Source: Halomicronema hongdechloris C2206 (GTDB lineage Bacteria; Cyanobacteriota; Cyanobacteriia; Phormidesmidales; Phormidesmidaceae). Taken from it: a DNA stretch of 32,000 nt. The stretch covers positions 450,001 through 482,000 of the forward strand of contig NZ_CP021983.2 of assembly GCF_002075285.3 (NCBI RefSeq). The letters run 5' to 3'. A program made the position numbers and the translations under genes. Position 1 is the first letter of the stretch; the number at the start of each line of letters is the position of its first letter. Shown here in pieces: positions 9,865 to 19,074 of the stretch. Under the pieces are notes generated by a model that was given only the letters and a program-made list of their open reading frames with translations, was not told where the DNA came from and did no database searches.

Positions 9865-10111
9865 TTATTGGACTACAGGAGTAGCCATTTCCAGGTCTTT
9901 AGGAGATGGCTGGGCTGCAGCTAGCAAGAGTGCAAAATGATGGGCATTGGGAGAATGCATAGCCTGGGCCCCTAATTGGCTCGGGAATCATCAAGACTCC
10001 AAACCAGTCGATGTAAATGCGGTTGCGGGTACTGGTAATCCAGTTGCAGAAGTTATCCCACCACTGCCAGACTCGGGCAGTAGTAGAGCTAGAGCGAAGA
10101 TAATAACCCAT
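9865..10111 (-). pseudogene. psbA: psbA (photosystem II D1) relic: N-terminal ~43 codons joined out of frame to the last ~25 codons
   Basis: ORF 9899..10111 translates ..[32 protein letters not shown]. Canonical D1 has ..[28 protein letters not shown]. Just downstream, a different frame reads [27 protein letters not shown], compared with the D1 C-terminus [24 protein letters not shown]. About 290 codons of D1 are missing between the two parts (junction ~9975-9985). Confidence 0.75.
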
Positions 10112-10122
10112 TACAGAACCTC

Positions 10123-11043
10123 CTATGCTTGATCTACAACCACTTGTTGACTTCGCTCTTCTCCCATGATTTTGTTCAACCGTTTCCTGGATTCCTGAGC
10201 AAAAATACCGTACTTAGGAGCGAAGACCATGGTTACAACAAACAGCAGGGTTAGTAACACCACAATGCTGCCGCCGGTGGAGACATCCAGGTGATAGCTG
10301 AGGTAGGTGCCAAACACGCAGGACAAGACGCTACTGCCCATGGCAATGCCCAACATGTGGTCGAAGCGATCGCTGAGCAGATAACCGATAGACCCCGGCG
10401 TCACCAGCATGGAGATCACCAGGATGATGCCCGCTGTTTGTAACGCCGCCACGATGGTCAGGGCCATCGTCGACAGCAGCGTGTAATACAGCACCTGGGT
10501 GTTGAGGCCGATTGCCTTGGCATGATTGGGGTCGAAGCAGAACAGCAGCAGGTCCTTGCGCCGCAGCAAAATCACTGCCAGGGTGACTGAACCGGCAATC
10601 AGGGTTTGAACGATGTCTCCCTGAGAAATGCCCAGCACGTTGCCAAACAGAATGTGAAACAGGTCGATATTGCTGGGAATGCGGGTCACCAACACCAGAC
10701 CGAAGGCAAAGAAGCCGGTGAAGACGATGCCGATGACGGCGTCTTCCTTCAGGCGTGTCTTGGATTTGATGTAGCCGATGGCCACCGTGGCCCCAAAGCC
10801 AGTGGCAAAGGCCCCGATCGCAAACGGCAGGCCCAGGGCATAGGCCATCACCACCCCCGGCACCACCGCGTGGGAGATGGCATCCCCCATCAGCGACCAG
10901 CCCTTCAGGGTGATGTAGCACGAGAGCACGGCGCAGACCAGCCCCACAAAGGCACTGACCCAGATGGCCTGAATCAGAAATCCATACTGCAACGGTTCTA
11001 CCAGCCAGTCCCAGAGCACAAACGCTGGACTGAAATGACTCAT
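10123..11043 (-). CDS. mntB: Mn(II)/metal ABC transporter permease (cluster-9 / TroCD-MntB type)
   Basis: The track ORF 10123..11190 is over-extended. I take the internal start [30 protein letters not shown] at 11043. It forms an ATGA overlap with the mntA stop (11040-11042). The protein is polytopic with the typical ..[13 protein letters not shown].. motif. Confidence 0.85.
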   Translation of the reverse strand: MSHFSPAFVLWDWLVEPLQYGFLIQAIWVSAFVGLVCAVLSCYITLKGWSLMGDAISHAVVPGVVMAYALGLPFAIGAFATGFGATVAIGYIKSKTRLKEDAVIGIVFTGFFAFGLVLVTRIPSNIDLFHILFGNVLGISQGDIVQTLIAGSVTLAVILLRRKDLLLFCFDPNHAKAIGLNTQVLYYTLLSTMALTIVAALQTAGIILVISMLVTPGSIGYLLSDRFDHMLGIAMGSSVLSCVFGTYLSYHLDVSTGGSIVVLLTLLFVVTMVFAPKYGIFAQESRKRLNKIMGEERSQQVVVDQA

Positions 11044-11822
11044 GACTCCACCTCCACCTTCTGGAACATCTGGTTGAGGCTGTAGACGGGAAGGCCGCCA
11101 AAGGTCATTTCCAGGTTGTCTTGGGTGAAGGTTTCCTGGGTGGTGCCAGAGGCCAGGATGGTGCGGTTGAGCAGAATGGTGCGATCGCAAAAGGTCGAAA
11201 TCGAGGCCAAATCGTGGGTGGATACCAAGATGGTGTGACCTTCATCGCGCAACTGCATCAGCAGATCCACAATGCGCTTCTCGGTCTTCACATCCACCCC
11301 GGTAAAGGGTTCATCCAGCAAGATCACCTTGCCCTCCTGAGCCAGGGCCCGAGCCAGAAACGCCCGTTTCTTTTGGCCGCCCGACAGTTCTCCGATTTGA
11401 TGGTGGCGAAACTCGCTCATGCCGACGCGTTCCAGGCTTTCCATCACCAGCCGGCGATCCCTTGGCCCCGGAATGCGCATCAGGTTCATGTAGCCATAGC
11501 GCCCCATCATCACCACATCAAACACGCTGACGGGGAAGTTCCAGTCCACGGCATCAGACTGGGGCACATAGGCCATCCACTGTTGCTTTTGGGCCTTTTG
11601 CACTGGCATCCCACCGATGTGGATGCGCCCCTGGCTGGGCTGCAAAAACCCCATAATTGCATTGAACAGCGTGGACTTACCGCCCCCATTAGGACCAACC
11701 AGGCCGGTAATGGTGCCAGATTCGACGGTGCAGTGAGCACTGTAAAGGGCGAGTTTGGCGTTGCTGTAGACAACGCTGAGGTTGTCGACCGTGATATCGA
11801 GACGGGGAAGAGTTGTCTGCAT
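11040..11822 (-). CDS. mntA: Mn(II)/metal ABC transporter ATP-binding protein
   Basis: The track ORF 11040..12017 is over-extended into mntC. I place the start at MQTTLPRLDITVDNLSVVYSN (ATG 11822..11820). Walker A is GPNGGGKST, the signature is LSGGQKKR and Walker B is ILLDEP. Confidence 0.9.
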   Translation of the reverse strand: MQTTLPRLDITVDNLSVVYSNAKLALYSAHCTVESGTITGLVGPNGGGKSTLFNAIMGFLQPSQGRIHIGGMPVQKAQKQQWMAYVPQSDAVDWNFPVSVFDVVMMGRYGYMNLMRIPGPRDRRLVMESLERVGMSEFRHHQIGELSGGQKKRAFLARALAQEGKVILLDEPFTGVDVKTEKRIVDLLMQLRDEGHTILVSTHDLASISTFCDRTILLNRTILASGTTQETFTQDNLEMTFGGLPVYSLNQMFQKVEVES

Positions 11823-11911
11823 AGTGCAAGGGAATAGTGGGTCAGGTTTGAATTGTGTAAGTCCTTCGGACTGGCTCCGCCTACGCGCAGCGTCTCCGGA
11901 GGAGAAATTTT

Positions 11912-11966
11912 GAGTGTTGAATGTTGAATTGTGAGTTTTGAATTTTGAACTGTGAATTGTGAATTG
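11912..11966. repeat. Tandem heptamer array (STRR-like), 8 units, in the mntC-mntA spacer
   Basis: gagtgtt gaatgtt gaattgt gagtttt gaatttt gaactgt gaattgt gaattg starts 2 nt after the mntC stop (11968-11970, reading on the minus strand). The 145-nt spacer also holds a stable hairpin, agtcc-ttcg-ggact, at ~11860-11872. Confidence 0.8.
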
Positions 11967-11967
11967 C

Positions 11968-12969
11968 CTACTGGGTATTGGCCCCTGCCAGCAGACCGTT
12001 GGCAATAATGCGGGCATCGTATTCCAGCAGGTCGAGGAAGGTCGGCACCGGGCCGTCTTCGGTCGAGAGAGAGTCGACGTAGAGGTTGCCGCCGAAGCGC
12101 GCCCCCGTGGTTTGTGCCACCTGTTTCTGACCTTCGTCGCTGACGGTGGTTTCGCAGAAAATCGTGGGCACGTCGTTGGATTTCACCTGCTCAATCACCG
12201 TTTGAACTTGCTTCGGCGTGAACTGCTGCTCGGAGTTGATCGGCCACATGTAGATTTCCTGCAGGTCATAGTCGCGAGCCAGGTAGGAAAACGCCCCCTC
12301 ACAGCTCACCAGGTAGCGCTGCTGTTCAGGCACCTGCTCCAGGTCGGCTTGGAGTTCCTTATCGATGGCGTTCAACTGTTCGCTGTAAGCTGCCGCGTTG
12401 GCGTTGTACGTATCCGCGTTGTCTGGATCGAGTTCCACAAAAGCCTTGCGGATGTTCTCGACATACACCAGGGCATTTTGCGGCGACATCCAAGCGTGAG
12501 GATTGGGCTTATCGGCATAGGGTCCCTCTGCGATCGGAATGGGCTCAATGTCTTCGGTCAGCAGGGCTGAGGGCACATCCTCCACATTGCCGAGGAATTG
12601 CTCAAACCAGCGCTCCAGCCCCATACCGTTGTAGAGAATCAAATCGGCATCCTGAGCTTTGGTAATGTCGCTAGGAGTGGGCTCGTAGCCGTGAATCTCG
12701 GCACCAATGCGCGTGATAGACTCCACGTTGAGCTTGTCACCGGCTACGTTCTGAGCCATGTCTGCCAGGACGGTAAAGGTGGTCAGGACCTTTTTCTTGC
12801 CATCAGTCTCTGGGGTAGTAGAGGCATCCGCTGTCATATCGGCAGTCTCACTACCACCGGGGGCATTGGCGGGAGAGGTCACCTCTGAGGTCGTACAGCC
12901 GGTCAGCCAGACGCTCAGCATCAGACCAGAGGCCAAGACGCCCCCCTTGCCGGGAAAAGATAATGCCAT
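11968..12969 (-). CDS. mntC: Mn(II) ABC transporter substrate-binding lipoprotein (TroA/cluster-9 family)
   Basis: 333-aa ORF. The lipobox is LTGC. The sequence ..VLTTFTVLADMAQNVAGDKLNVESITRIGAEIHGYEPTPSDITKAQDADLILYNGMGLERWFEQF.. closely resembles my recollection of Synechocystis MntC. There is no His-rich ZnuA loop. Confidence 0.85.
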   Translation of the reverse strand: MALSFPGKGGVLASGLMLSVWLTGCTTSEVTSPANAPGGSETADMTADASTTPETDGKKKVLTTFTVLADMAQNVAGDKLNVESITRIGAEIHGYEPTPSDITKAQDADLILYNGMGLERWFEQFLGNVEDVPSALLTEDIEPIPIAEGPYADKPNPHAWMSPQNALVYVENIRKAFVELDPDNADTYNANAAAYSEQLNAIDKELQADLEQVPEQQRYLVSCEGAFSYLARDYDLQEIYMWPINSEQQFTPKQVQTVIEQVKSNDVPTIFCETTVSDEGQKQVAQTTGARFGGNLYVDSLSTEDGPVPTFLDLLEYDARIIANGLLAGANTQ

Positions 12970-13233
12970 AGATACGCAAATCCTTTTTCATAGTTGTTTC
13001 ACTTTTCATATTTATCTCATAATGGCAGCATGATCTACCCTTTTATCTTTTTTTATGGTTTAGGAAGCCAACGGCGCCCTTAGTGGCTTGCCCCCCGACT
13101 GTTAGACTCTCGATAGCCGGCGGTTGCGCTTGCTGCAGAATTGGTCGGCTGTACCCTGTAATTGGGCTGTCCCCCTGATGCGCGTCAGTGATACCCCGCC
13201 TACAACCTGTCAATCCTTAGTGTTCCTGTAGTT

Positions 13234-14049
13234 GTGGTCTCCCCTTTCGGAAATGTTGACTATCTGGTTATCAACGGTGCCATTGGCATTGGCATTGCCG
13301 CCGATGCCGTGATCGCCACGATTGGCCGGTTTCGCCGGTTTGAAAAAATTTGGGATGCCCTGACTTGGGCCGCTGCCATCGGCATGACCCACACAGTCTT
13401 TCCGATGATTGGGCTGATTGGGCTCTGGTATGCGGCCAGCTCCTTTCCCTCCCTGAAAGCCGGGATCTATGGGGCCGGGTTTTTGATCATGGTCTGGTTT
13501 ATTGCGGAGATGATCCGCGAGATTGCCGGTTTTGAGGATGATGGCGAGGAAGATGAGGCGGAGGAAGAACAAGACGCTCTCTATCAGTTCCTGTCTCAGC
13601 ACTCTAGGTTTTGGGCCGCCGTTTGGGCGGTTTCCCTCGATGCACTCGTGACTGGCCCCGGCAAAACTGCTGCCACTGCCCAGTGGACTCAGGCCCAAGT
13701 GCTGGGAAGCTTTCCGTTGGTGGGCGTTGTCGTGTTTGGCCTGGTCATGCTCAGCGCCTGGCCTGCGATCGCACTGCGCCGCCATTGGCAAGCAAATCGA
13801 TTCGACAACCCCCAGGGGTTGGCCTGGTTTACCGTGATTGGCTCCTGGATAGAACTCAGTATTTTCCTATACTTCGCCTATTTAGCTGTCTCAGAGATGT
13901 TGATAGCCCTGGGGGTGCAGCCGGCTGTCAGTGAGTTTCTGATCGCGGCAGGATTTAGCTTGATCACCATCGTTGTCTTGCTGCTAACCCTGTGGCAACG
14001 GGTTTGGGGCACCCAATTGCATGAGGCGGAGGAATTGCTCAGACAATAA
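13234..14049 (+). CDS. Polytopic membrane protein, MntP/DUF204-like (putative Mn exporter), divergent from mntCAB
   Basis: 271-aa ORF with a GTG start. It has two DUF204-like half-motifs (GIGIAADAVIATIG and AVWAVSLDALVTGPG). They are separated by an acidic loop, FEDDGEEDEAEEEQ, as in E. coli MntP (..GADDEDEE..SLDAMAVG). It is longer than typical MntP (~188 aa), so the assignment is tentative. Confidence 0.5.
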   Translation: MVSPFGNVDYLVINGAIGIGIAADAVIATIGRFRRFEKIWDALTWAAAIGMTHTVFPMIGLIGLWYAASSFPSLKAGIYGAGFLIMVWFIAEMIREIAGFEDDGEEDEAEEEQDALYQFLSQHSRFWAAVWAVSLDALVTGPGKTAATAQWTQAQVLGSFPLVGVVVFGLVMLSAWPAIALRRHWQANRFDNPQGLAWFTVIGSWIELSIFLYFAYLAVSEMLIALGVQPAVSEFLIAAGFSLITIVVLLLTLWQRVWGTQLHEAEELLRQ

Positions 14050-14164
14050 CGCGGTCGTAGCTGCCTCAGCAGTTGCTTTAGGAGACTATATTGCCCGCCT
14101 TGACGTTTGAGGTGTCTTGAGTTGAGTAAATTTGCTGACATGTTGTGCCCCAATCATGTTACGG

Positions 14165-14345
14165 TAACGTGATGGCATCGGTTCTAGTGGGGAGCAGCCA
14201 CTAGAGGAAACGGGGAAAGTGCAGTGAGAATCTGCCGCTGTCCCGCAGCTGTAATGGAGAAAGTGTTGAGTGTTGAGTGAAAGCCAATTCAAAACTCAAA
14301 ACTCAAAGTTTCTCCTGAGTCAGAATGCCCGCCGATGGTAACGCT
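14165..14345 (+). promoter_or_regulatory. Cobalamin (B12) riboswitch in the hupE leader
   Basis: The core is aGGAAAcGGGGAAAGTGcAGTGAGAATCTGcCGCTGTCCCGCAGCTGTAAtgg (14205-14257). It fits the conserved ..GGGAA..GGTGaAAaTCC..GCtG.CCCGCaACTGTAA pattern. A B12-box-like gagtcagaatgcccgcc lies at 14317-14333. Closing helices are catcgg (14176-81) / ccgatg (14332-37) and ctagtgg/ccactag (14184-14203). SD gaggt and ATG 14371 follow. Confidence 0.75.
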
Positions 14346-14370
14346 GTTCTGATTCGTCTGCGAGGTACGG

Positions 14371-15060
14371 ATGAATTTATATCGTGTAGCCTCCGAAATA
14401 GTTGAGGCTGGTCGTTCTTGGCAACCCATTGCTCTGGCCGCGAGTGTAATAATTACGGGCCTTCTCTTCAGGGTACTCCCGGTTTTCGCTCATCATCCCT
14501 TCGGCGGGGAAACCCCCGATACGGCTCTGACAGCGTTTCTGTCAGGCCTAGGACATCCTGTTATCGGGTTGGATCACCTAGCTTTTGTGATTGCGACAGG
14601 CTTGGTGGCGGTGGTGATGGGCCGCGGGTTGCTTGTTCCCATTGCCGTTGTCATCGCCTCGATGGTGGGGACGGGCATTCATCTGATCAGCCTGGATCTG
14701 CCGGTGCCGGAACTGGTGATCTCGGCATCGGTGCTAGTGTTTGGCAGTTTGCTAGCGATGAAAACCCTGCCAAGCAACGGGATTGTGGTAACACTGGCTG
14801 CGCTTGCCGGTATTTTCCATGGCCATGCCTACGGTGAGGCCATCTTTGGGGCTGAAATGGGGCCGCTTGTGGCCTATCTGCTGGGATTTGCCGTGATTCA
14901 ACTGGCGATTGCCGTGGTGGCCTTTTGGCTCGGCGGCGCTCTGTTGCAGCCAGCCACTGAGTCCTCGGGGATGGCACTTAGGTTCGCTGGGTTTGTCATT
15001 TGCGGCGTCGGCGGGACGTTTCTAGCGACCCTGATTGTCGATACGCTGCTGCCAGCGTAG
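14371..15060 (+). CDS. hupE: HupE/UreJ-family Ni/Co transporter (Co import is likely given the B12 riboswitch)
   Basis: 229-aa ORF. A signal peptide ends ..LPVFA|HHPFGG. The signature motifs are GLGHPVIGLDHLAFV and FHGHAYGE. Confidence 0.85.
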   Translation: MNLYRVASEIVEAGRSWQPIALAASVIITGLLFRVLPVFAHHPFGGETPDTALTAFLSGLGHPVIGLDHLAFVIATGLVAVVMGRGLLVPIAVVIASMVGTGIHLISLDLPVPELVISASVLVFGSLLAMKTLPSNGIVVTLAALAGIFHGHAYGEAIFGAEMGPLVAYLLGFAVIQLAIAVVAFWLGGALLQPATESSGMALRFAGFVICGVGGTFLATLIVDTLLPA

Positions 15061-15461
15061 GAGGCCGGGGCCATCTGTGGGCTCCAGTGCCTGTGAATGC
15101 TTGGTGTGCCATGGCGACCTGGTGGCGGCCAGTCTAAGCAGAAATTGGCATAGATGGCGACTGCCGTCGTCATCGAATTGGTGCTGCATCAACGCCTGCT
15201 ACTGCCGGTTTCCTCTCCTGGCAGCTAGATCCTTCGTCGCTGGCATGGTGGTTGTTCATTGTTCCTGCGGCAGCTGGTCTGGGTCGGTGCGATCGCGCCA
15301 GCTTTCTCTATCTACGCAATCTGCCCATTCAGCCACCACGCGGCCACGAGATTGTCTGCCAGGGCTGGCAGGAGTTTCACCTCGACCCCGCCGATTTTGC
15401 CAATACCCAGTTATTTCAAGTCAATTTCCCCCCTTCAGTTTAAATTTTGGAGAGCCCCCTC

Positions 15462-17719
15462 ATGAAACACACGTGGATGCCCCTGCTGACCGTCGCGGCA
15501 ACGGGCTTGGTGTTGCCACCCGCCTTCGCGGATGCCCTGTCTTCGATGCCGGTTTCCAGCGATGAACCATCGGCAGCCTCGGGCGATCGCGCGATCGCCC
15601 CTGCCCACTCCAGCGACGCTGGGGACGGCATCTCTGGGGACGCCACTCCCGTGTCCACGGACGCGGCCGATCTACAATCGGTGCCCCAATCTCCCTCGGC
15701 GGACAGACCCCGGGACGACCAATTGTCCCTGACGCCAGTCAGGGATACAGGTCCGACGGCTGGGACGATTGCCCAGACAGAGGAAGACGAAGCGGACGCT
15801 GAAGAGGCTCCGGCGGCACTGCGAATCAACGTGACCGAGCGCATTCTCAATCAGCCCGTGTATACTCCCTTTCGGCGGCAGGGGACGGTGCAGGAAGCCA
15901 GTCGGCCCGTGTATGTGATCAACCGGGAGCAAATCGAAGCCCAGGGGGCGCGCACGGTGGATGAAGCCTTGCGCTATTTGCCGGGGATCTTGAGTGAGGG
16001 CACCACTGGGGGGCGGTTAGGCAGCCTGAGTGGGCAATTCATCCGAGGCAGCTCTTCGTCTCAAACGCTGATTCTGTTGGACGGTCGTCCTATTAATGAA
16101 ATCGGGGCCACTGGGGCATTCGATCTGTCTAATTTCACGACCGATGCGGTGGAGCGCATCGAGGTGCTGCCGGGGGGAGGCTCGGTGCTGTACGGCTCTA
16201 ATGCCATTGGCGGCGTGATCAATATCATCACCCGCCGTCCCTTGCAGGCAGCGGGGCTGGAGACAGCGGCCCAGGCGAGCGTGGGCCGCTTTGGGTTTAA
16301 CGATCAGGTGATCCAGTTGCGCGGGACGGCAGAGCAAGGCAGCTGGCGGGTGGGCTATAACCGCACGGCCGCGGAGAATGACTTTCCCTTTAGCCTCACG
16401 ACAACTGACGTTGAGGACACCCGCAGTAATGCTGACGTCCTGTATAACAACGTCAATGTCAGTCTGGTGGGCGACCTTGATGCGCGCAGTCAACTGCGAT
16501 TTGGCTTGCTCTATCTCAGTAAAGACCTGGGCATACCGGGGGGGGTGCCTGTCCCCGGCAGCATTTCCGGCGGCTTCAATGCCTTAACCGAAGATGATCG
16601 CCAATACAGCGAAAACTGGCTGATGGATATCACCTTCGAGTCGGCATTGGGCCAGGGGGATGATTCCCGGTTGACGGCTCGCGTCTATGCCGATTTGGTC
16701 GATTTGACCTTCACCGATGCCGTGGCAGACACCCCGTTTGAATTGCCGTCCCAGAGCGTGACGGAGCAGACGTCGCTGGGGGGACAACTGCAGCATGCCT
16801 GGCAGTTCACCAGTCACCAGAACCTGACTTACGGCGTGGATTACCGCAATGTGCAGGCCCAGCGAACGACGCTGAATCTGACCACTGACCAGCGCACGGA
16901 AGACTACAGCGATACCATCACGCAAGTGGGGCTGTTTGCCCGCTACCAGGTCGATTTCACCCCCCGCATCACTGCCAACCTGGGCATTCGGCAAGATTTC
17001 AATGACCTGGCCGCTGGCTCGTTTACCTCCTTCAACTTGGGGACGCGGGTGGCCGTGACAGAGACCACCTCCTTGCGGGCCAATTTTGCCCGCAATTTCC
17101 GGGTGCCGACGCTGGCAGACCTGTTCTTCGAGCCGTTCAACAATCCCGATCTGAGTCCGGAGTCGGGGCTGAGTGCGGATGTGGGCATCGACCAGGAATT
17201 GGGCGATCGCGGGCTGCTGCGCGTCACGGTTTATTGGAGCGATATTGAGGACGCCATCAGCTTTGACCTGGCCACCTTCACGCCGCAAAACATCGGGCGG
17301 GTGCGATCCATCGGCATTGAGAGTGAACTGAACTATCAACTGTTTAAGAATGTGTTTGCCTTTGCCAACTACACCTGGAATGACCCAGAGATTCTGGCAG
17401 GCCCCAACCCCGATAATGATGGCAATGCCGTGCCCTTTACCCATGCCGATAGCTGGAATCTGGGGGTCGCCTACGAGTCCGCGCAGGGGCTGTATGCGGC
17501 GCTGTTTCTCCACTCTATCAGCGACGTGTTCGTGGATCGGGGCAATCAAGAGTCCCTCGATGGTCGCACCACGGTGGACGTTAAGCTGCGAGTCCCCCTG
17601 GGCGAGTCCTTCTCCGTCAATGCCAGTGTCAACAATCTCTTTGACACCCAATTTGAAGAGTTTCCGGGCTTCCAGGGGTGGGCCGCAATGTTCAGGTGGG
17701 ACTGCGAAGCACGTTTTAA
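15462..17719 (+). CDS. TonB-dependent outer-membrane receptor with an apparent 1-nt frame change ~16 codons before its natural stop
   Basis: The track shows a 1001-aa ORF (15447..18452) that fuses the receptor to the next gene. I place the start at MKHTWMPLLTVAATGLVLPPAFA (ATG 15462, SD ggagag). The plug (VYVINREQIEAQGARTVDEALRYLPGI) and the barrel are present. Around 17667-17675 the canonical C-terminus switches frame. It then reads ..PGVGRNVQVGLRSTF* ending at TAA 17717-17719 (terminal Phe). Confidence 0.8.
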
Positions 17720-17822
17720 CGGCAGCCCCCGATCGTGGGTGAGCAGCGGATGCCCCCTCATCTCTAGCGAATCCGGGGCGCGCCCATCCCACCTGTTGGT
17801 AGACCTGACGAGGACGCACAAG

Positions 17823-19074
17823 ATGGTGAACTGCTGGGAAACCGTCATCCAACCCCCTCCGGGGCCACTGAGGCGCACCGTGCTCTTGGGGGCACTGGTG
17901 GTGGGCTTGCTGGGGGGGTGTCAGGATGCCTCCGGCCCAACCGCCGCAGAGCGATCGCCCGCTGAGGCCACTGATTCGGAGTGTGTGCAGGCCTATGACC
18001 CTGATCGCGATTATTTCCCCGACAAGGTTGACCTGGAGTATGCCAGGGGGTTTTCGGTGACCTACCATGGCCACTACAAGGTGGTGACGGTGACCCATCC
18101 CTGGAAAAACGCAGACACCCAGTTTCAGTACCTGCTGGTGCAGTGTGGCACGCCGCCGCCGGCTGGCTTTGAGCAGGCCCAGGTGGTCGACATTCCGGTG
18201 AACCGGGTGGTGGCCCTCTCGACCACGCACCTGCCCCATTTTGACCGGTTGCATGAAGTCGAGGCGCTGATTGGGGTAGGCCAATTTCAGCAGGTGAATA
18301 CGCCCAGCGTGCGCCGCCAGATTGACCAGGGCCAGCTGCAGGAATTCAACTCGGGCAATGTCTTGAACTGGGAGCGGCTGGTGGAGGCGGCCCCCGACCT
18401 GGTGATGGCCTTCGCCACCGGGGAAGGGGACCGCGATCGCTATCCCGCTTGATGGGGGGTGGGGATTCCGGTGGCGATCGTGGCGGAATACCTGGAGCCG
18501 TCGCCTCTGGGTCAGGCGGAATGGCTGAAATTCACGGCCCTGTTCTTCAATCAAGAAGCCCAGGCCGAGGCGGAATTTGCGGCGATCGCGACGGAGTACG
18601 AGGCGCTGACGCGACTGACTGCCTCGATTCAGGCGCGACCGACGGTGTTGACTGGCTTCAGCTATGACGGCACCTGGTATGTGCCGGGGGGTCAGAGCTA
18701 TGTCGCCCAGCTCCTGGAAGATGCCGGGGCCGACTACCTCTGGGCCGAGGTAGAGCAGACCGGTAGTGTGCCCCTGGACTTTGAGGCGGTGTGTATGACC
18801 GGGCAGCCGAAGCCGATGTCTGGATCAATGTCAGTCCGAGTGGCAGAGTCGCCAGGATGCGATCGCAACTGACCCCCGCTATGGCCAGTTTGCCGCCTGG
18901 AAAACCCATCAGATCTACAACAATACGGCCCGCGTCAATGCCCACGGCAGCAACGACTACTGGGAAAGCGGCATCGTCAATCCCGATCAGGTGCTGGCCG
19001 ACCTGATTAAGCTCTTTCATCCGCAGCTGTTGCCCGACCACGAGCTGGTGTATTACCAACCCTTACAGCCATGA
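17823..19074 (+). pseudogene. FecB/BtuF-type periplasmic substrate-binding lipoprotein, frame-disrupted (in-frame TGA plus two frame changes)
   Basis: The start MVNCWETV..LLGALVVGLLGGC has a lipobox. An in-frame TGA lies at 18450-18452, next to a G6 run. The frame changes at ~18788-18795 (gtgtgt) and ~18835-18845. Stitched, the reading is ..DLVMAFATGEGDRDRYPA*..GIPVAIVAEYLEPSPLGQAEWLKF..LDFEAV/YDRAAEADVWINVS/QSEWQSRQDAIATDPRYGQFAAWKTHQIYNNTARVNAHGSNDYWESGIVNPDQVLADLIKLFHPQLLPDHELVYYQPLQP*. This may be sequencing error rather than decay. Confidence 0.7.

Noticed and set aside
11823-12017. N-terminal 65-codon extension of the mntA ORF, and the 49-codon extension of mntB (11044-11190)
   Set aside because: The extensions overlap the upstream genes and run through the heptamer array. 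They encode low-complexity sequence. The internal starts give canonical N-termini and an ATGA coupling junction.
10331-12888. Long alternative-frame and antisense ORFs within mntCAB (10331..11101 -, 10606..11085 +, 11121..11837 +, 11959..12570 +, 12598..12888 +)
   Set aside because: They are out of frame with, or antisense to, clearly homologous transporter genes. Their Arg/Gly/His/Pro-rich composition is typical of open non-coding frames in high-GC DNA.
13030-13233. Possible yybP-ykoY (Mn) riboswitch in front of the MntP-like gene
   Set aside because: I looked for the conserved GGGGAGUAG and ..GAGAC..UUGUCAAC-type blocks on the plus strand and did not see them. A covariance-model search would be needed to exclude a divergent copy.
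15061-15461. Second cobalamin riboswitch or Fur box upstream of the TonB-dependent receptor
   Set aside because: There is no ..GGTGAAAATCC..CCCGCAACTGTAA-type core, no B12 box, and no GATAATGATAATCATTATC-like palindrome. The ORFs here (15035..15565, 15252..15443, 15259..15465) look non-coding.
15447-18452. The 1001-aa ORF read as a genuine TonB-receptor / binding-protein fusion
   Set aside because: A complete canonical receptor C-terminus ending in Phe-stop is present in the adjacent frame at 17669-17719. The downstream part begins with its own Met plus lipobox. The fusion is therefore a frame-change artefact.
16584-18554. 656-aa minus-strand ORF antisense to the receptor and binding protein
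   Set aside because: It lies entirely antisense to two genes with clear homology. The composition is Arg/Gly/His/Gln/Pro-rich with no motifs. Long open antisense frames are expected in GC-rich DNA.
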